Positions 47,795-57,159 are shown, counted from the stretch's first letter. The stretch is 64,000 nt of DNA from Candidatus Eiseniibacteriota bacterium (GCA_965224245.1 OZ245046.1:1088001-1152000); one strand, 5' to 3'. Numbers and translations are program-made. The notes: generated by a model from the letters alone, not told the origin.

Positions 47795-50089
47795 TCAGTC
47801 GCGGCCGGGGTCGTGCCCGGCGGGGCGTGCCGGGTCGGCGTCCGATGAGGCCTCGTCGCGGGAAGGCGTGGCGGCGATCTCGGCGTCGGTCTGAACGAGC
47901 TGCCCCACGAACACGCTCGAGTTCTTCACGAAGAAGACCGTCCGTAGCGGCTCGGCCAGATCGACCATGCGGGTGGCGTACGCGGGGAGGTCGCCCGGGT
48001 CGTCGGGCGGATCGAGGCCGAGAAACACCACGTCCGCTTCCTCGCTCTTGTCGTGGATGATGTCGCGAATCGCACGATCCGCCGGCCGGATCATGACCTC
48101 GACGTCCGCGGTGATCCGGATGGCGGGGACCAGCTGCGCGAGGTACGCCTCGGTGGATTCTTTCATGTGGGCGTTCGAGGCCACGCTCAGGATGCGGATG
48201 CGGGCGCTGCGCCACTCGGTGTTGCGCGTGATCAGATGGGCCAACAGGAGCATGAGATCCCCGTTGTGCTTGAGCCCACCCCACCAGACGTGGATCACGC
48301 GCTCCTCTTCCTCGCGGGGGATCAGTCCGGGCTGCACCCGGCCCATGATCACCGACTTCTCGATCCTCTCGAGCCGGTTCACGACCTCCAGGAGCTCGAC
48401 CGTCCGCTCCGGCGCGCGAGGCCAGCCCAGGAGGATCGTGTTGCTGTTGAGTCCGGCCAGGCCGTTGGCCTGGGCGACGTCGGTGATGCCGGAGATGACG
48501 TCGCGCACGACGTCGACCTCACCGAATGCGACCAGCCGCTCACGCTTGAGCGTCCGCTGGATCTTGTGCCTGAGCTCGGCCACCGGGATCTCGTCGGTCA
48601 GGAGGTTGCCGACGACGAGCTCGGTCACCGTCACCACGCCCCGGCCCTGGCTGAACCAGGTGCCGAAGCGGATCAGATCGAGGCGCTTCTCCGCGGAGTC
48701 CACGAATGTCAGGACATGGGGGCGCCAGTTGCGTGGGGTCATGGGCCGCTTCGCGAGGCGGACGAGGGTCCACCGGATGAGCGCCTCGTAGACGTCGCGG
48801 CGGAGGTCGCCCCATCCGGCCTGCCGCTCGCGCCGGGCCAGGAACGTCCACAGGGCGATCACGATCACGATCGCGGACACGGCCGCGACGGTGTTGATCA
48901 GGAACATGACGGCCAGACAGGCCAGCCCGCCGACGAAGCAGAGCGCCCAGTGCACACGGAGCCGCGGTCGCCACGACGGATCGCCCGAGAGCGTCTCCAC
49001 CGCGGCCACGAGGTTGACCATGCCGTAGACGGTGAGAAAGAACATCGTGACCACCGGCGCCACCGCGTCCAGGTCGCCGAGCATCACCGCCGCGAGCGCG
49101 ATGGTCAGAGACACGATCAAGCCGACCACCGGCTGGCGGCTCTTGCCGGTCACGCGGGCCAGAAAGCTCGGCGCCAGACCGTCGGCCGCCAGCGCCTGGA
49201 GCGTGCGGGGTGCGCCGAGGATCGAGCCGACGGCGGACGAGAAGATCGCCCCCCAGAGCCCGGGGAAGATCAGCCACACGCCGAGCGGCGCGATCGAGGT
49301 CCAGACCAGGGGATCGGCCCGAAGGGCCGAGGGCGTGGCCCCCGTGATCAGCACGAACGGAACGGCCAGGTAGACCACGAACCCGGTCAGCATCGCCGCG
49401 ATCGCCCCGCGCGGGATCGATCGGATGGGATCGCGGATGTCGCCCGAGAGACCGAGGCCGGCCATGACGCCGGTGACGGCGGGGAAGAACACCGCGAACA
49501 CGACCCAGAAGTCGGTTCCTGCGACGGGCGCGTGGACCGGTGTCGAGACCTGGGGGCGGAACAGCGCGCCCGAGGCCAGCGCGGCCAGCGAGAGCGCGAT
49601 CAGGAACAGAATCGGAACCTGGGTGCGCAGCGCCATCTGGGAGCCCCGGAGGGCCAGTGCGCCCACGGCGACCACCACGCCGAACGCGAAGGCCTGGATC
49701 GGCACCTCGGGCCACAGGATGCGCACGGACTCGGCCAGGCCGAACGCGTAGAGCGTGACCGAGAACACCTGCGACAGGTACAGCGGAAGGCCGATTGCGC
49801 CACCGAACTCCAGGCCCAGGCTCCGGGAGATGATGTAGTAGGCGCCGCCGGCGCCGAGTCGAATGTTGGTCGCGATGGCCGAGAACGAGAGCGTCGTGAT
49901 CAGCGTGATCAGATTCGCGAGCACGACGATGGCGATCGTCTTGCCGATGCCGACCTCGCCGGTGACCCATCCGAGCCGCAGGTACAGGATGACGCCGAGG
50001 ATGGTCAGGACGGTCGGGGTGTAGACGCCGGTGAAGGTGCCGAGCTTGCCGTCGGCCGCGCGGCCGAGCCGATCCGGTCGCTTGATCAT
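47795..50089 (-). CDS. Cation-chloride cotransporter-like (SLC12/APC superfamily) permease
   Basis: 'KLGTFTGVYTP..LTILGVILYLR', 'GGAYYIISRSLG.EFGG', 'FFPAVTG.MAG...SGD', 'NWRP', 'IHVWWGG...NGDLMLLLA'. Confidence 0.92.
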   Translation of the reverse strand: MIKRPDRLGRAADGKLGTFTGVYTPTVLTILGVILYLRLGWVTGEVGIGKTIAIVVLANLITLITTLSFSAIATNIRLGAGGAYYIISRSLGLEFGGAIGLPLYLSQVFSVTLYAFGLAESVRILWPEVPIQAFAFGVVVAVGALALRGSQMALRTQVPILFLIALSLAALASGALFRPQVSTPVHAPVAGTDFWVVFAVFFPAVTGVMAGLGLSGDIRDPIRSIPRGAIAAMLTGFVVYLAVPFVLITGATPSALRADPLVWTSIAPLGVWLIFPGLWGAIFSSAVGSILGAPRTLQALAADGLAPSFLARVTGKSRQPVVGLIVSLTIALAAVMLGDLDAVAPVVTMFFLTVYGMVNLVAAVETLSGDPSWRPRLRVHWALCFVGGLACLAVMFLINTVAAVSAIVIVIALWTFLARRERQAGWGDLRRDVYEALIRWTLVRLAKRPMTPRNWRPHVLTFVDSAEKRLDLIRFGTWFSQGRGVVTVTELVVGNLLTDEIPVAELRHKIQRTLKRERLVAFGEVDVVRDVISGITDVAQANGLAGLNSNTILLGWPRAPERTVELLEVVNRLERIEKSVIMGRVQPGLIPREEEERVIHVWWGGLKHNGDLMLLLAHLITRNTEWRSARIRILSVASNAHMKESTEAYLAQLVPAIRITADVEVMIRPADRAIRDIIHDKSEEADVVFLGLDPPDDPGDLPAYATRMVDLAEPLRTVFFVKNSSVFVGQLVQTDAEIAATPSRDEASSDADPARPAGHDPGRD

Positions 50090-50300
50090 GAAACGCTCTC
50101 CAGCTCGGGCGCATCCCCCGCACCGCGCGCGCGCACCACGGCGGGCCGGCCGGGAGTCGATGCGGCGCCGGGCCGTGAGGCTATCGCAAGTGACGGTTCG
50201 ATGAAACGGTCGACTCCGACACGAGCCGAGCTCCTCCTTCGGCCCGGACTCGTTGCCTGGGTGATGCCCGGTGCCGGTCGCGCCGGGGGAGCAGAAATGC

Positions 50301-50330
50301 TTGACGTCCGGTTCCGACCGGGCGTAGCGT
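50301..50330 (+). promoter_or_regulatory. Sigma70-type promoter of the polyamine operon
   Basis: TTGACG-N18-TAGCGT about 125 bp upstream of the speD-like start. Confidence 0.55.
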
Positions 50331-50358
50331 TTTCCGTTCTCGGTCCCGTCACGGGTCG

Positions 50359-50450
50359 AGGTCGCTCAATTGCCGTCCCCAAGCCTGAGCCCCCCTTTGG
50401 CCGAAGCGTAAGGCGGCGATCCACTGAAAACGACCTGTATGGGGGGTTCA
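50359..50450 (+). ncRNA. Structured 5' leader, candidate cis-regulatory RNA
   Basis: Nested stems AGGTCG/CGACCT, ATTGCCGTC/GGCGGCGAT, CCAAG/TTTGG; loop TGAGCCCCCC is complementary to GGGGGGTTCA over the RBS. Confidence 0.5.
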
Positions 50451-50454
50451 TGAG

Positions 50455-50853
50455 TTGCACAAAGGACAGCATCTCCTCGTAGACTGCCGGGACGTCCCGC
50501 GCGAGCTGTGTGTCGACGACCAGCGGCTTCTGGCCACGCTCGCCGAAGCGGCGTCCGCGAGCGGCGCCACGGTCATCTCGCAGGTCCGGTACCGCTTCGG
50601 GGCCGACTCGGCACCCGGCTGTACGGCGGTCGTCATGCTGGACGAGAGTCACTGCTCGGTGCACACGTACGCCGATCCCGGCCTGGCGGCATTCGACTTC
50701 TTCACCTGCGGCACGACCGATCCGAACGAGATCTGGGAGCGCGTTCGCGACGCGCTCGGGTTGGCCAGCGTCTCCACGCGCGAGGTCCCACGCTTCGAGA
50801 CCCGGCCGCCGGCGGGAGCGACGCTCGAGCCGATGCAGGCGGCGGTGGGGTAA
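50455..50853 (+). CDS. speD: Pyruvoyl-dependent S-adenosylmethionine decarboxylase proenzyme (class 1B) or neofunctionalised homolog
   Basis: 'GQHLLVDC', 'GCTAVVMLDESHCSVHTY', 'DFFTCG'; E-S self-cleavage site; TTG start 8 nt after GGGGGG. Confidence 0.9.
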   Translation: MHKGQHLLVDCRDVPRELCVDDQRLLATLAEAASASGATVISQVRYRFGADSAPGCTAVVMLDESHCSVHTYADPGLAAFDFFTCGTTDPNEIWERVRDALGLASVSTREVPRFETRPPAGATLEPMQAAVG

Positions 50854-50866
50854 AGGGGGTGCTGCG

Positions 50867-51100
50867 GTGGTCCCGCGTGATGACGACGACCCGTTCGTCG
50901 ACCCCAAGCGGCCGCGCCGGCGCAAGCCGGAGCCACGCGGCTCCGACGACGACTTCGATCGTGACGACGACGAGCGACCCAGGCGTCGCCGGCGGGTCGA
51001 TCAGGAAGACGACTTCGATGACGACTGGCTCGACGACGAGGATCTCGACTCGGACGGCGAGTTCGATCCGGACGAGGAGTTCGACGATGCCGAGGAGTGA
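50867..51100 (+). CDS. Small, extremely acidic and probably disordered protein (77 aa)
   Basis: AAGGGGG RBS and GTG; fills the speD-DHS gap, with its stop 3 bp before the next ATG; Asp/Glu tracts with two Arg-rich patches. Confidence 0.65.
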   Translation: MVPRDDDDPFVDPKRPRRRKPEPRGSDDDFDRDDDERPRRRRRVDQEDDFDDDWLDDEDLDSDGEFDPDEEFDDAEE

Positions 51101-51103
51101 GCA

Positions 51104-52186
51104 ATGACCAGGCTCTCATCGCCGCCGGTGAACGCGGGCCCGAGGACGCGCTCGGGGCGCAAGGCCGAGCTCTTGCGGCGTGAGGTTCGTCACGTCGACG
51201 TGGAAGCGTTCGACGCCCGGCCGATCGTGCGCGCGTATCGGGACATGTCGTTCCAGGCCCGCAATCTCGCGTCGGCGGCCGACACGCTCGATCTGATGCT
51301 GGCCGACGAGGGCTGCGGTGTGATTCTGACGATCGCGGGCTCGCTGTGCAGCGCGGGCCTGAAGGACGCGATCGCCCTGATGATCGAGAACGGCATGGTC
51401 GACGTGATCGTGTCGACGGGCGCCAACATCGTGGACCAGGACTTCTTCGAGGCGCTCGGGTACCGGCACTACCACGGTCGCCCGGATCTGAACGATGACG
51501 AGCTGCGCGAGCTCGGCATCGATCGCATCTACGACACCCTCATCGACGAGGATGAGCTTCGCGTGTGCGACATGACGATCTCGGAGATCGCGGGAACGCT
51601 CGAGCCCAGGGCGCACTCGTCGCGCGAGTTCATCGCCGCCATGGGCGCCTGGTTGAACGAACGCGGCGTGAAGGCCGATCGATCGATCGTGCACGCGGCG
51701 TACGCGAACGACGTCCCGATCTACTGTCCGGCGTTCAGCGATTGCTCGGCCGGCTTCGGTCTGGTTCACCATCAGTGGAACAGGACGTCCTACGTCACGA
51801 TCGACTCGGTGGCCGACTTCCGCGAGCTCACCCGGCTGAAGCTGCACCTGGCCGACACCGGCATCCTGATGCTGGGAGGCGGCGTACCGAAGAACTTCAC
51901 GCAGGACATCGTCGTGGCGGCCGAGATCGTCGGCGAGAGCCGTCCCATGCACAAGTACGCGATCCAGATCACGGTCGCCGACGAGCGCGACGGCGCCCTG
52001 TCCGGGTCCACGCTCGAGGAAGCGTGCTCGTGGGGCAAGGTCGATCGCGCCCACGAGCAGATGGTGTACGGCGAGGCCACGATGATCGTCCCGATCCTGG
52101 TCAGCGATGCCTGGCATCGAGGCACGTGGCGGAAGCGCGAGCCCAAGCGGCTCTCGGCCGTGCTCGACGGCTCACCGCCGCGGTGA
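51104..52186 (+). CDS. Deoxyhypusine synthase-like protein (SpeY-type homospermidine biosynthesis)
   Basis: 'IVSTGAN', 'IDRIYD', 'PAFSDCSAG', 'GGGVPKNF', 'DGALSGSTLEEACSWGK' with the catalytic Lys retained. Confidence 0.92.
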   Translation: MTRLSSPPVNAGPRTRSGRKAELLRREVRHVDVEAFDARPIVRAYRDMSFQARNLASAADTLDLMLADEGCGVILTIAGSLCSAGLKDAIALMIENGMVDVIVSTGANIVDQDFFEALGYRHYHGRPDLNDDELRELGIDRIYDTLIDEDELRVCDMTISEIAGTLEPRAHSSREFIAAMGAWLNERGVKADRSIVHAAYANDVPIYCPAFSDCSAGFGLVHHQWNRTSYVTIDSVADFRELTRLKLHLADTGILMLGGGVPKNFTQDIVVAAEIVGESRPMHKYAIQITVADERDGALSGSTLEEACSWGKVDRAHEQMVYGEATMIVPILVSDAWHRGTWRKREPKRLSAVLDGSPPR

Positions 52187-52765
52187 GATGTCGATGGCCA
52201 TTTCCGGGTAGAGCATCCGGACGCGCAAGTTCGCCTCGTCCACGAGCCGGTCGAAGAACGCCCAGTCGAAGCCGCGTGGATCCTGCCTCGAAGCCGCGAT
52301 GCTCGCGTGGGAGATCACCGACGAGCGGGGGATCCCCCGGCGGCGCATGATGTCGTACACGAGCTGGGAGACGACGTTGTACTGGTACGACGTGAAGTCA
52401 CCGCGGTCGCTCGCCAGCTTGTAGAGCTCGATGCCGATGGATCGGTTGTTGTACGACCGGCTCGGGATCTCCGACCCGGCGTGATTCGCGCGCTTCTCCT
52501 CGGGCACCATCCCGTAGAACTGACCGAACTCGCGGCCGATCAGATAGTGGATCGAGACGCTGCGCCCGTCCTTCGGGTCGGCGAGGTACCGGAGCGCCTC
52601 GTCGAACGGCCGGCCGCTGGACGTGTCGTGGAGCACGACGGTGTCGATCTTCACGCCCGGCTTTCGCGGCTTCTGGTACTTCGCGGGGTAGAACTTCATC
52701 GGCATCAGCGCCGGCAGACAGAGCTGGACCATGACGGCGTAGTCGGGATCGGCGTAGACGGCCAC
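52172..52765 (-). CDS. N-acetylmuramoyl-L-alanine amidase (Amidase_2, AmpD-like)
   Basis: 'VVLHDT', 'SIHYLIG', 'ANHAG', 'NNRSIGIEL', 'ISH.....RQDP'; GGAGGT RBS; 15-bp convergent overlap with the DHS-like gene. Confidence 0.88.
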   Translation of the reverse strand: MAVYADPDYAVMVQLCLPALMPMKFYPAKYQKPRKPGVKIDTVVLHDTSSGRPFDEALRYLADPKDGRSVSIHYLIGREFGQFYGMVPEEKRANHAGSEIPSRSYNNRSIGIELYKLASDRGDFTSYQYNVVSQLVYDIMRRRGIPRSSVISHASIAASRQDPRGFDWAFFDRLVDEANLRVRMLYPEMAIDISPRR

Positions 52766-52897
52766 CGAGGCACCTCCGGGTTCGAGAGAGCGCGGGATCG
52801 TGGGTCGGGCACGATCGGGCGGGGTTCATCCGGAAGACGGATCTCGCCCGTGAAACCGCACGGATAATCTCGCGACCGGGGTACGGGGGCGGGGGCG

Positions 52898-53476
52898 CTA
52901 GTGCTGCGCGAAGAGGCCGGCGAAGCCCATGAACGCCATGGACAGGATGCCCGCGATGATCAGGTTGACCGCCGTCCCCTTCATCAGCGCCGGAACGTTC
53001 GAGAGCTCGGCCTCCACCCGGATGCCGGCCATCAGGACGAGCGCCAGCGTGAACCCGGCGCCGGCGCCGAGTGCGAAGAAGATGCCCTCGACCAGATCGT
53101 ATCCGCGGTTCGTCTGGAAGAGCGCCAGCGCCAGGATCGCGCAGTTGGTGGTGATCAGCGGGAGGAAGATCCCGAGGGCACGGAAGAGGACCGGGCTCAG
53201 CCGGCGGATGGCCATCTCCACGAACTGCACCGTGCTGGCGATCACGGCGATGAACGCGATCAGGCGCAGGTACGGCGCGTGGACGAGCACGAACGAGTTC
53301 AGAGCCCACGCGCAGAGCGACGTGATCAGCATCACGAACGTGGTCGCGAGCCCCAGCCGGAGCGCGGTGTCGAGGCGGCCGGACACGCCGAAGAACGGGC
53401 ACAGTCCGAGAAAGTAAGCGAGGGTGAAGTTGTTGATCACCATCGCGCTCACGAAGATCCAGAGCCAGTCGCCCAT
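52898..53476 (-). CDS. rnfA: Rnf complex subunit A
   Basis: 'NNFTLAYFLGLCPFFGVS', 'LGIFLPLITTNCAIL'. Confidence 0.95.
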   Translation of the reverse strand: MGDWLWIFVSAMVINNFTLAYFLGLCPFFGVSGRLDTALRLGLATTFVMLITSLCAWALNSFVLVHAPYLRLIAFIAVIASTVQFVEMAIRRLSPVLFRALGIFLPLITTNCAILALALFQTNRGYDLVEGIFFALGAGAGFTLALVLMAGIRVEAELSNVPALMKGTAVNLIIAGILSMAFMGFAGLFAQH

Positions 53477-54126
53477 CACGCCGCCGTCCGTTTCCGGGCC
53501 TCGGCCGCTTCTCGCCGCCGGGCTCCCATCGCGTTGAAGGCGAGCAGGATGAGCCCCAGCATCAGGAACCCGCCCGGGGGCAGGATCATGATCACCCACG
53601 GCTCGAAGTCGGGTCCGAAGAGCGACACCCCGAAGAGGCTGCCGCTGCCCAGGATCTCGCGGACGCCTCCCAGGCACAGGAGCGCGAACGCGAATCCCAC
53701 CGCCATCCCGCTCGCGTCCGCCAGCGCGCGTCGGGGGGTGTTGCGCGACGCGAACGCCTCCTGACGGCCCAGAATCAGGCAGTTCACGACGATCAGGGGG
53801 ATGAACGCACCGAGCTGCTTGTGCACCGGCGGGGCCACCGCCAGGATCGTGAAGTCCGCGACGGTCACGAACGTGGCGATGATGACGATGTAGGTCGAGA
53901 TGCGGACCTGCTTGGGGATGTGACGGCGCAGGAGCGAGATGATGAGGCTCGACGCGACCAGCACGAACGCGGTCGCGGCCCCCATCGTCACCGCGTTGAC
54001 CGCCGAGTTCGTGACCGCCAGCATCGGGCACATGCCGAGCACCTGCACGAACACCGGGTTCTCCCGCCAGAGGCCCTTGGCGAACTCGGCGCCCAGTGAG
54101 CGCGGCGGACCGGCGATCGGCGTCAT
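53476..54126 (-). CDS. rnfE: Rnf complex subunit E
   Basis: 'GLWRENPVFVQVLGMCP.LAVT', 'FIPLIVVNCLILGR.EAFA', 'LPPGGF'. Confidence 0.95.
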   Translation of the reverse strand: MTPIAGPPRSLGAEFAKGLWRENPVFVQVLGMCPMLAVTNSAVNAVTMGAATAFVLVASSLIISLLRRHIPKQVRISTYIVIIATFVTVADFTILAVAPPVHKQLGAFIPLIVVNCLILGRQEAFASRNTPRRALADASGMAVGFAFALLCLGGVREILGSGSLFGVSLFGPDFEPWVIMILPPGGFLMLGLILLAFNAMGARRREAAEARKRTAA

Positions 54127-54827
54127 GGCGTGCCCCCGCCGTCCGGCGCGGCCCGCGTTCCGGTGGGTGGGGCCGACTCCAGCCGAGGGCGCCACGTGTC
54201 GAGCGCGCGCTGGATGATCCCCAGCACGGCGCGCGAGGAGATCGTGGCTCCGGTGATCGCGTCGATCTCGTTCGGAGCGCTGGCGCCGCCCTTGGTCACG
54301 ACCAGCTCTCCGTCGGCGGCGAGCGCGTCGAACTGGGCCACGAACGCGGGATCGCGGTAGATCTTGTCGCCGAGCCCGGGCGTCTCCCGGCTCTCCAGAA
54401 CACGCATGCCGGTCACGCGCTTCGTCGCGGGGTCGTACCCGAAGATCAGCTCGATCGCGTCCTGGTAGCCGGGACCCTCGCCTTCGATCGCGTAGCCGAG
54501 GACGCGCCCGGACGCGTCCGTGGCGGCATACACCACCTCCACCTCGTCTCCGGCCGGGATGTCGCCGGCGTCCGCCGCGTCCCCGGTGGCGCCGGGGTCG
54601 ATCCAGGCCCCGTTCGCAAAGCGGCGGTTCTCCATCGCGGCCGCCCCGGGAACGACCTCGAACACCGAGGCGCGGAGCTCGCGCGCCCGGTTCGCCTCGA
54701 TCGTGGGCAACGTCAGCTCGTAGATGCCCGCGATGGCCACGCCCGACAGGAGCGCGGTCACCGTGAGCGTGCCCACGAGTCGCGGCGTGCCGGCCTCCTC
54801 GCGCCGGATCAGCGGGGTCGTGGTCAC
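54123..54827 (-). CDS. rnfG: Rnf complex subunit G (FMN-binding)
   Basis: N-terminal TM; 'GYQ', 'ETPGLGDKI', FMNylation motif 'DAITGATISS'. Confidence 0.93.
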   Translation of the reverse strand: MTTTPLIRREEAGTPRLVGTLTVTALLSGVAIAGIYELTLPTIEANRARELRASVFEVVPGAAAMENRRFANGAWIDPGATGDAADAGDIPAGDEVEVVYAATDASGRVLGYAIEGEGPGYQDAIELIFGYDPATKRVTGMRVLESRETPGLGDKIYRDPAFVAQFDALAADGELVVTKGGASAPNEIDAITGATISSRAVLGIIQRALDTWRPRLESAPPTGTRAAPDGGGTP

Positions 54828-55837
54828 GCTCCGCTCCTCTCGTGGCCGAACGCACGGGGCTGGTCCACGCGTTCCAGCAGCGGTGTGGCCGCGTTCATCA
54901 GCAGGATGGCGTACATGACGCCCTCGGGCATCCCGCCGAAGCGACGGATGAGGACGACCAGAAAGCCGATCCCGAGCCCGAAGACCCATGCGCCCCGGGG
55001 CTCGAGCGGTGACGTGACGGGGTCGGTGGCCATGAAGACCGCACCGAAGAGCACGCCGCCGGACAGGAGCATGAACGCCCCCGACGGATGCTGGGCCGGG
55101 GCGATCAGGTGGAGCACGGTCGAGAACACCGCGACCGACGCGAGGACGCCGAGCGGGATGCGCCAGTCGAACGCGCGGCGCAGGAGAAGCCATCCCCCCA
55201 CGAGGACCAGGATCGCGGCGCTCGTCTCGCCGAGCGAGCCCGACGTGTGTCCCCAGAAGAGATCGGTGATCGGGGTCGGGTCGTGATCGAACTTCATGCG
55301 GGACAGCGGAGTCGCGGACGTGACGGCATCCACGTCTCCCCGCATGAACGGCAGCGCGAGGTTCTGTCCCCGGAGCGCGAGGAACTCGCCGGCGCCCCCG
55401 GACGGGGACCAGGTCGTGAGCGTCGTCGGAAAAGAGGCCTGCAGGAACGCCCGGCCCACGAGCGCCGGGTTGAAGAGGTTGTGCCCGAGCCCGCCCCACA
55501 CGAGCTTCCCGAGCGCGATCGCCGCGACGCCGCCCACGAAGGCCATCCAGAGCGGGATTCCCGGCGGCAGCGTGAGCCCCAGGAGAAGACCCGTCAGCGC
55601 CGCGCTGCCGTCGCCGAGCGTGCGCCCGCGCGGTGTCGTGAACACGGCCTCGGTCGCCACCGCGCCCAGGGTGGCGGCGGCCAGCACGAGCAGGGCGCTC
55701 AGGCCGAAGTACCACGTCGCGGCCGCCACCACCGGCACGAGCGCGATGAGCACGTCGACCATGAGGCGCGGCGTCGTGATCTCGCGCTTCAGATGGGGAC
55801 CCGTGTGCAGCAGCAGACGCGGGTCGGTGCGGCTCAT
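54824..55837 (-). CDS. rnfD: Rnf complex subunit D
   Basis: 'DGSAALTGLLL', 'GGLG.NLFNPALVGR', 'DAVTSATPL', 'GSLGETS', 'FMATDPVTSP'. Confidence 0.95.
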   Translation of the reverse strand: MSRTDPRLLLHTGPHLKREITTPRLMVDVLIALVPVVAAATWYFGLSALLVLAAATLGAVATEAVFTTPRGRTLGDGSAALTGLLLGLTLPPGIPLWMAFVGGVAAIALGKLVWGGLGHNLFNPALVGRAFLQASFPTTLTTWSPSGGAGEFLALRGQNLALPFMRGDVDAVTSATPLSRMKFDHDPTPITDLFWGHTSGSLGETSAAILVLVGGWLLLRRAFDWRIPLGVLASVAVFSTVLHLIAPAQHPSGAFMLLSGGVLFGAVFMATDPVTSPLEPRGAWVFGLGIGFLVVLIRRFGGMPEGVMYAILLMNAATPLLERVDQPRAFGHERSGA

Positions 55838-57159
55838 GGGCGCTTCCTCTCGCGGATGACGCCCTTGGCCACGCGAATCAGATGAACGATGGGGATGTTC
55901 GACGGACACGTGTACGAGCACGAGCCGCACTCCATGCAGTCCAGCGCGAAGTACGAGTCCATCTCCTCGTATCGCCCTGCGCGCGCGAGCCGGGCGAGCC
56001 GTGAGGGGTTCAGGAAGGCCGGACACGCCTCCAGGCACCGGCCGCACCGGACGCATGCGTACTCGGTATGGCGCTCGACCTCGGCGGCCGTGAACGCCAG
56101 CACGCCGGACGTCCCCTTCAGGATCGGGACGTCGAGGCTGGCGATCGGGCGGCCCATCATCGGCCCGCCGAGGAGCACCTCGCGGGTCTCGGGGGTCAGG
56201 CCGCCGCAGTGGTCGATCAGATCGCGAACCGGGGTCCCGATCGGCACCAGGAGGTTCGCGGGACGCTGGATGCCGGGACCGGCCACGGTGACGACACGTT
56301 CGATGAGCGGGCGTCCGTGATCGAACCAGTCGGCGATGCCGGCCATCGTGCCCACGTTGTTGACGATCATGCCCACGTCGATGGGCAGCTTGCCCGCGGG
56401 CACCTCCAGGTCGAAGAGCGACTTGATCAGCATCTTCTCGGCACCCTGCGGGTACTTCGTCTCCAGCGCGACCACGTCGATCTCGGAATCACGGCCGACG
56501 GCGCGCGTCAATGCCTCGATCGCGTCGGGCTTGTTGCGTTCCACGCCGATGGTCGTGCGGTGGACGCCGAGGAAGTGCGCCGTGACGTGGATGCCGCGCA
56601 CGATTGCGTCGGCCCGTTCGACCATCAGCCGATGATCACAGGTCAGGAAGGGCTCGCACTCGCAGCCGTTCACGAGCAGGCGGTCCACACGTTTGCCCTC
56701 GGGGACCGCGTACTTCACGTGCGACGGGAACGCGGCGCCGCCGAGCCCCACGAGTCCCGCACGCTGGACCTCGGCGATGAAGGTCTCGATCGTCAGCGAG
56801 TTCAGATCGGGCGGCGGCGTGCTGCCGAGCCGCTGGGGAGCGAAGGGGTCGGTGACCAGCTCCAGCGCGGGTGCGATCGTTCCGTCCGGATGGCGAAAGC
56901 GCCCGATCGACGCGATCTCGCCCGCGGCCGGCGCATGCAGCGTTGTCGACATGAATCCGTCGGCCGTCGCCAGTGTCTGGCCGCGCTCGACGCGATCCCC
57001 GACGCTCACGATCGGCACCGACGGCTTTCCCGCGTGCTGGCCGAGGAGCAGCACGTAGCGGGGCACGAACGGCATGCGCGTGATCGCGAGGTGACCGGTC
57101 TCCTTGTGCTCGCTCGGGTGCACGCCGTGGGCGAACGTGGGGGGAAAGGAGGGGGTCAT
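55834..57159 (-). CDS. rnfC: Rnf complex subunit C
   Basis: 'GLVGLGGAAFP', 'NGCECEPFLTCD', 'YPQGAEK', 'GGPMMG', 'CVRCGRC..ACP', 'CMECGSCSYTCP'. Confidence 0.95.
   Translation of the reverse strand: MTPSFPPTFAHGVHPSEHKETGHLAITRMPFVPRYVLLLGQHAGKPSVPIVSVGDRVERGQTLATADGFMSTTLHAPAAGEIASIGRFRHPDGTIAPALELVTDPFAPQRLGSTPPPDLNSLTIETFIAEVQRAGLVGLGGAAFPSHVKYAVPEGKRVDRLLVNGCECEPFLTCDHRLMVERADAIVRGIHVTAHFLGVHRTTIGVERNKPDAIEALTRAVGRDSEIDVVALETKYPQGAEKMLIKSLFDLEVPAGKLPIDVGMIVNNVGTMAGIADWFDHGRPLIERVVTVAGPGIQRPANLLVPIGTPVRDLIDHCGGLTPETREVLLGGPMMGRPIASLDVPILKGTSGVLAFTAAEVERHTEYACVRCGRCLEACPAFLNPSRLARLARAGRYEEMDSYFALDCMECGSCSYTCPSNIPIVHLIRVAKGVIRERKRP

Noticed and set aside
52172-52765. Amidase as a prophage endolysin
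   Set aside because: No holin, structural or integrase genes nearby; housekeeping context.
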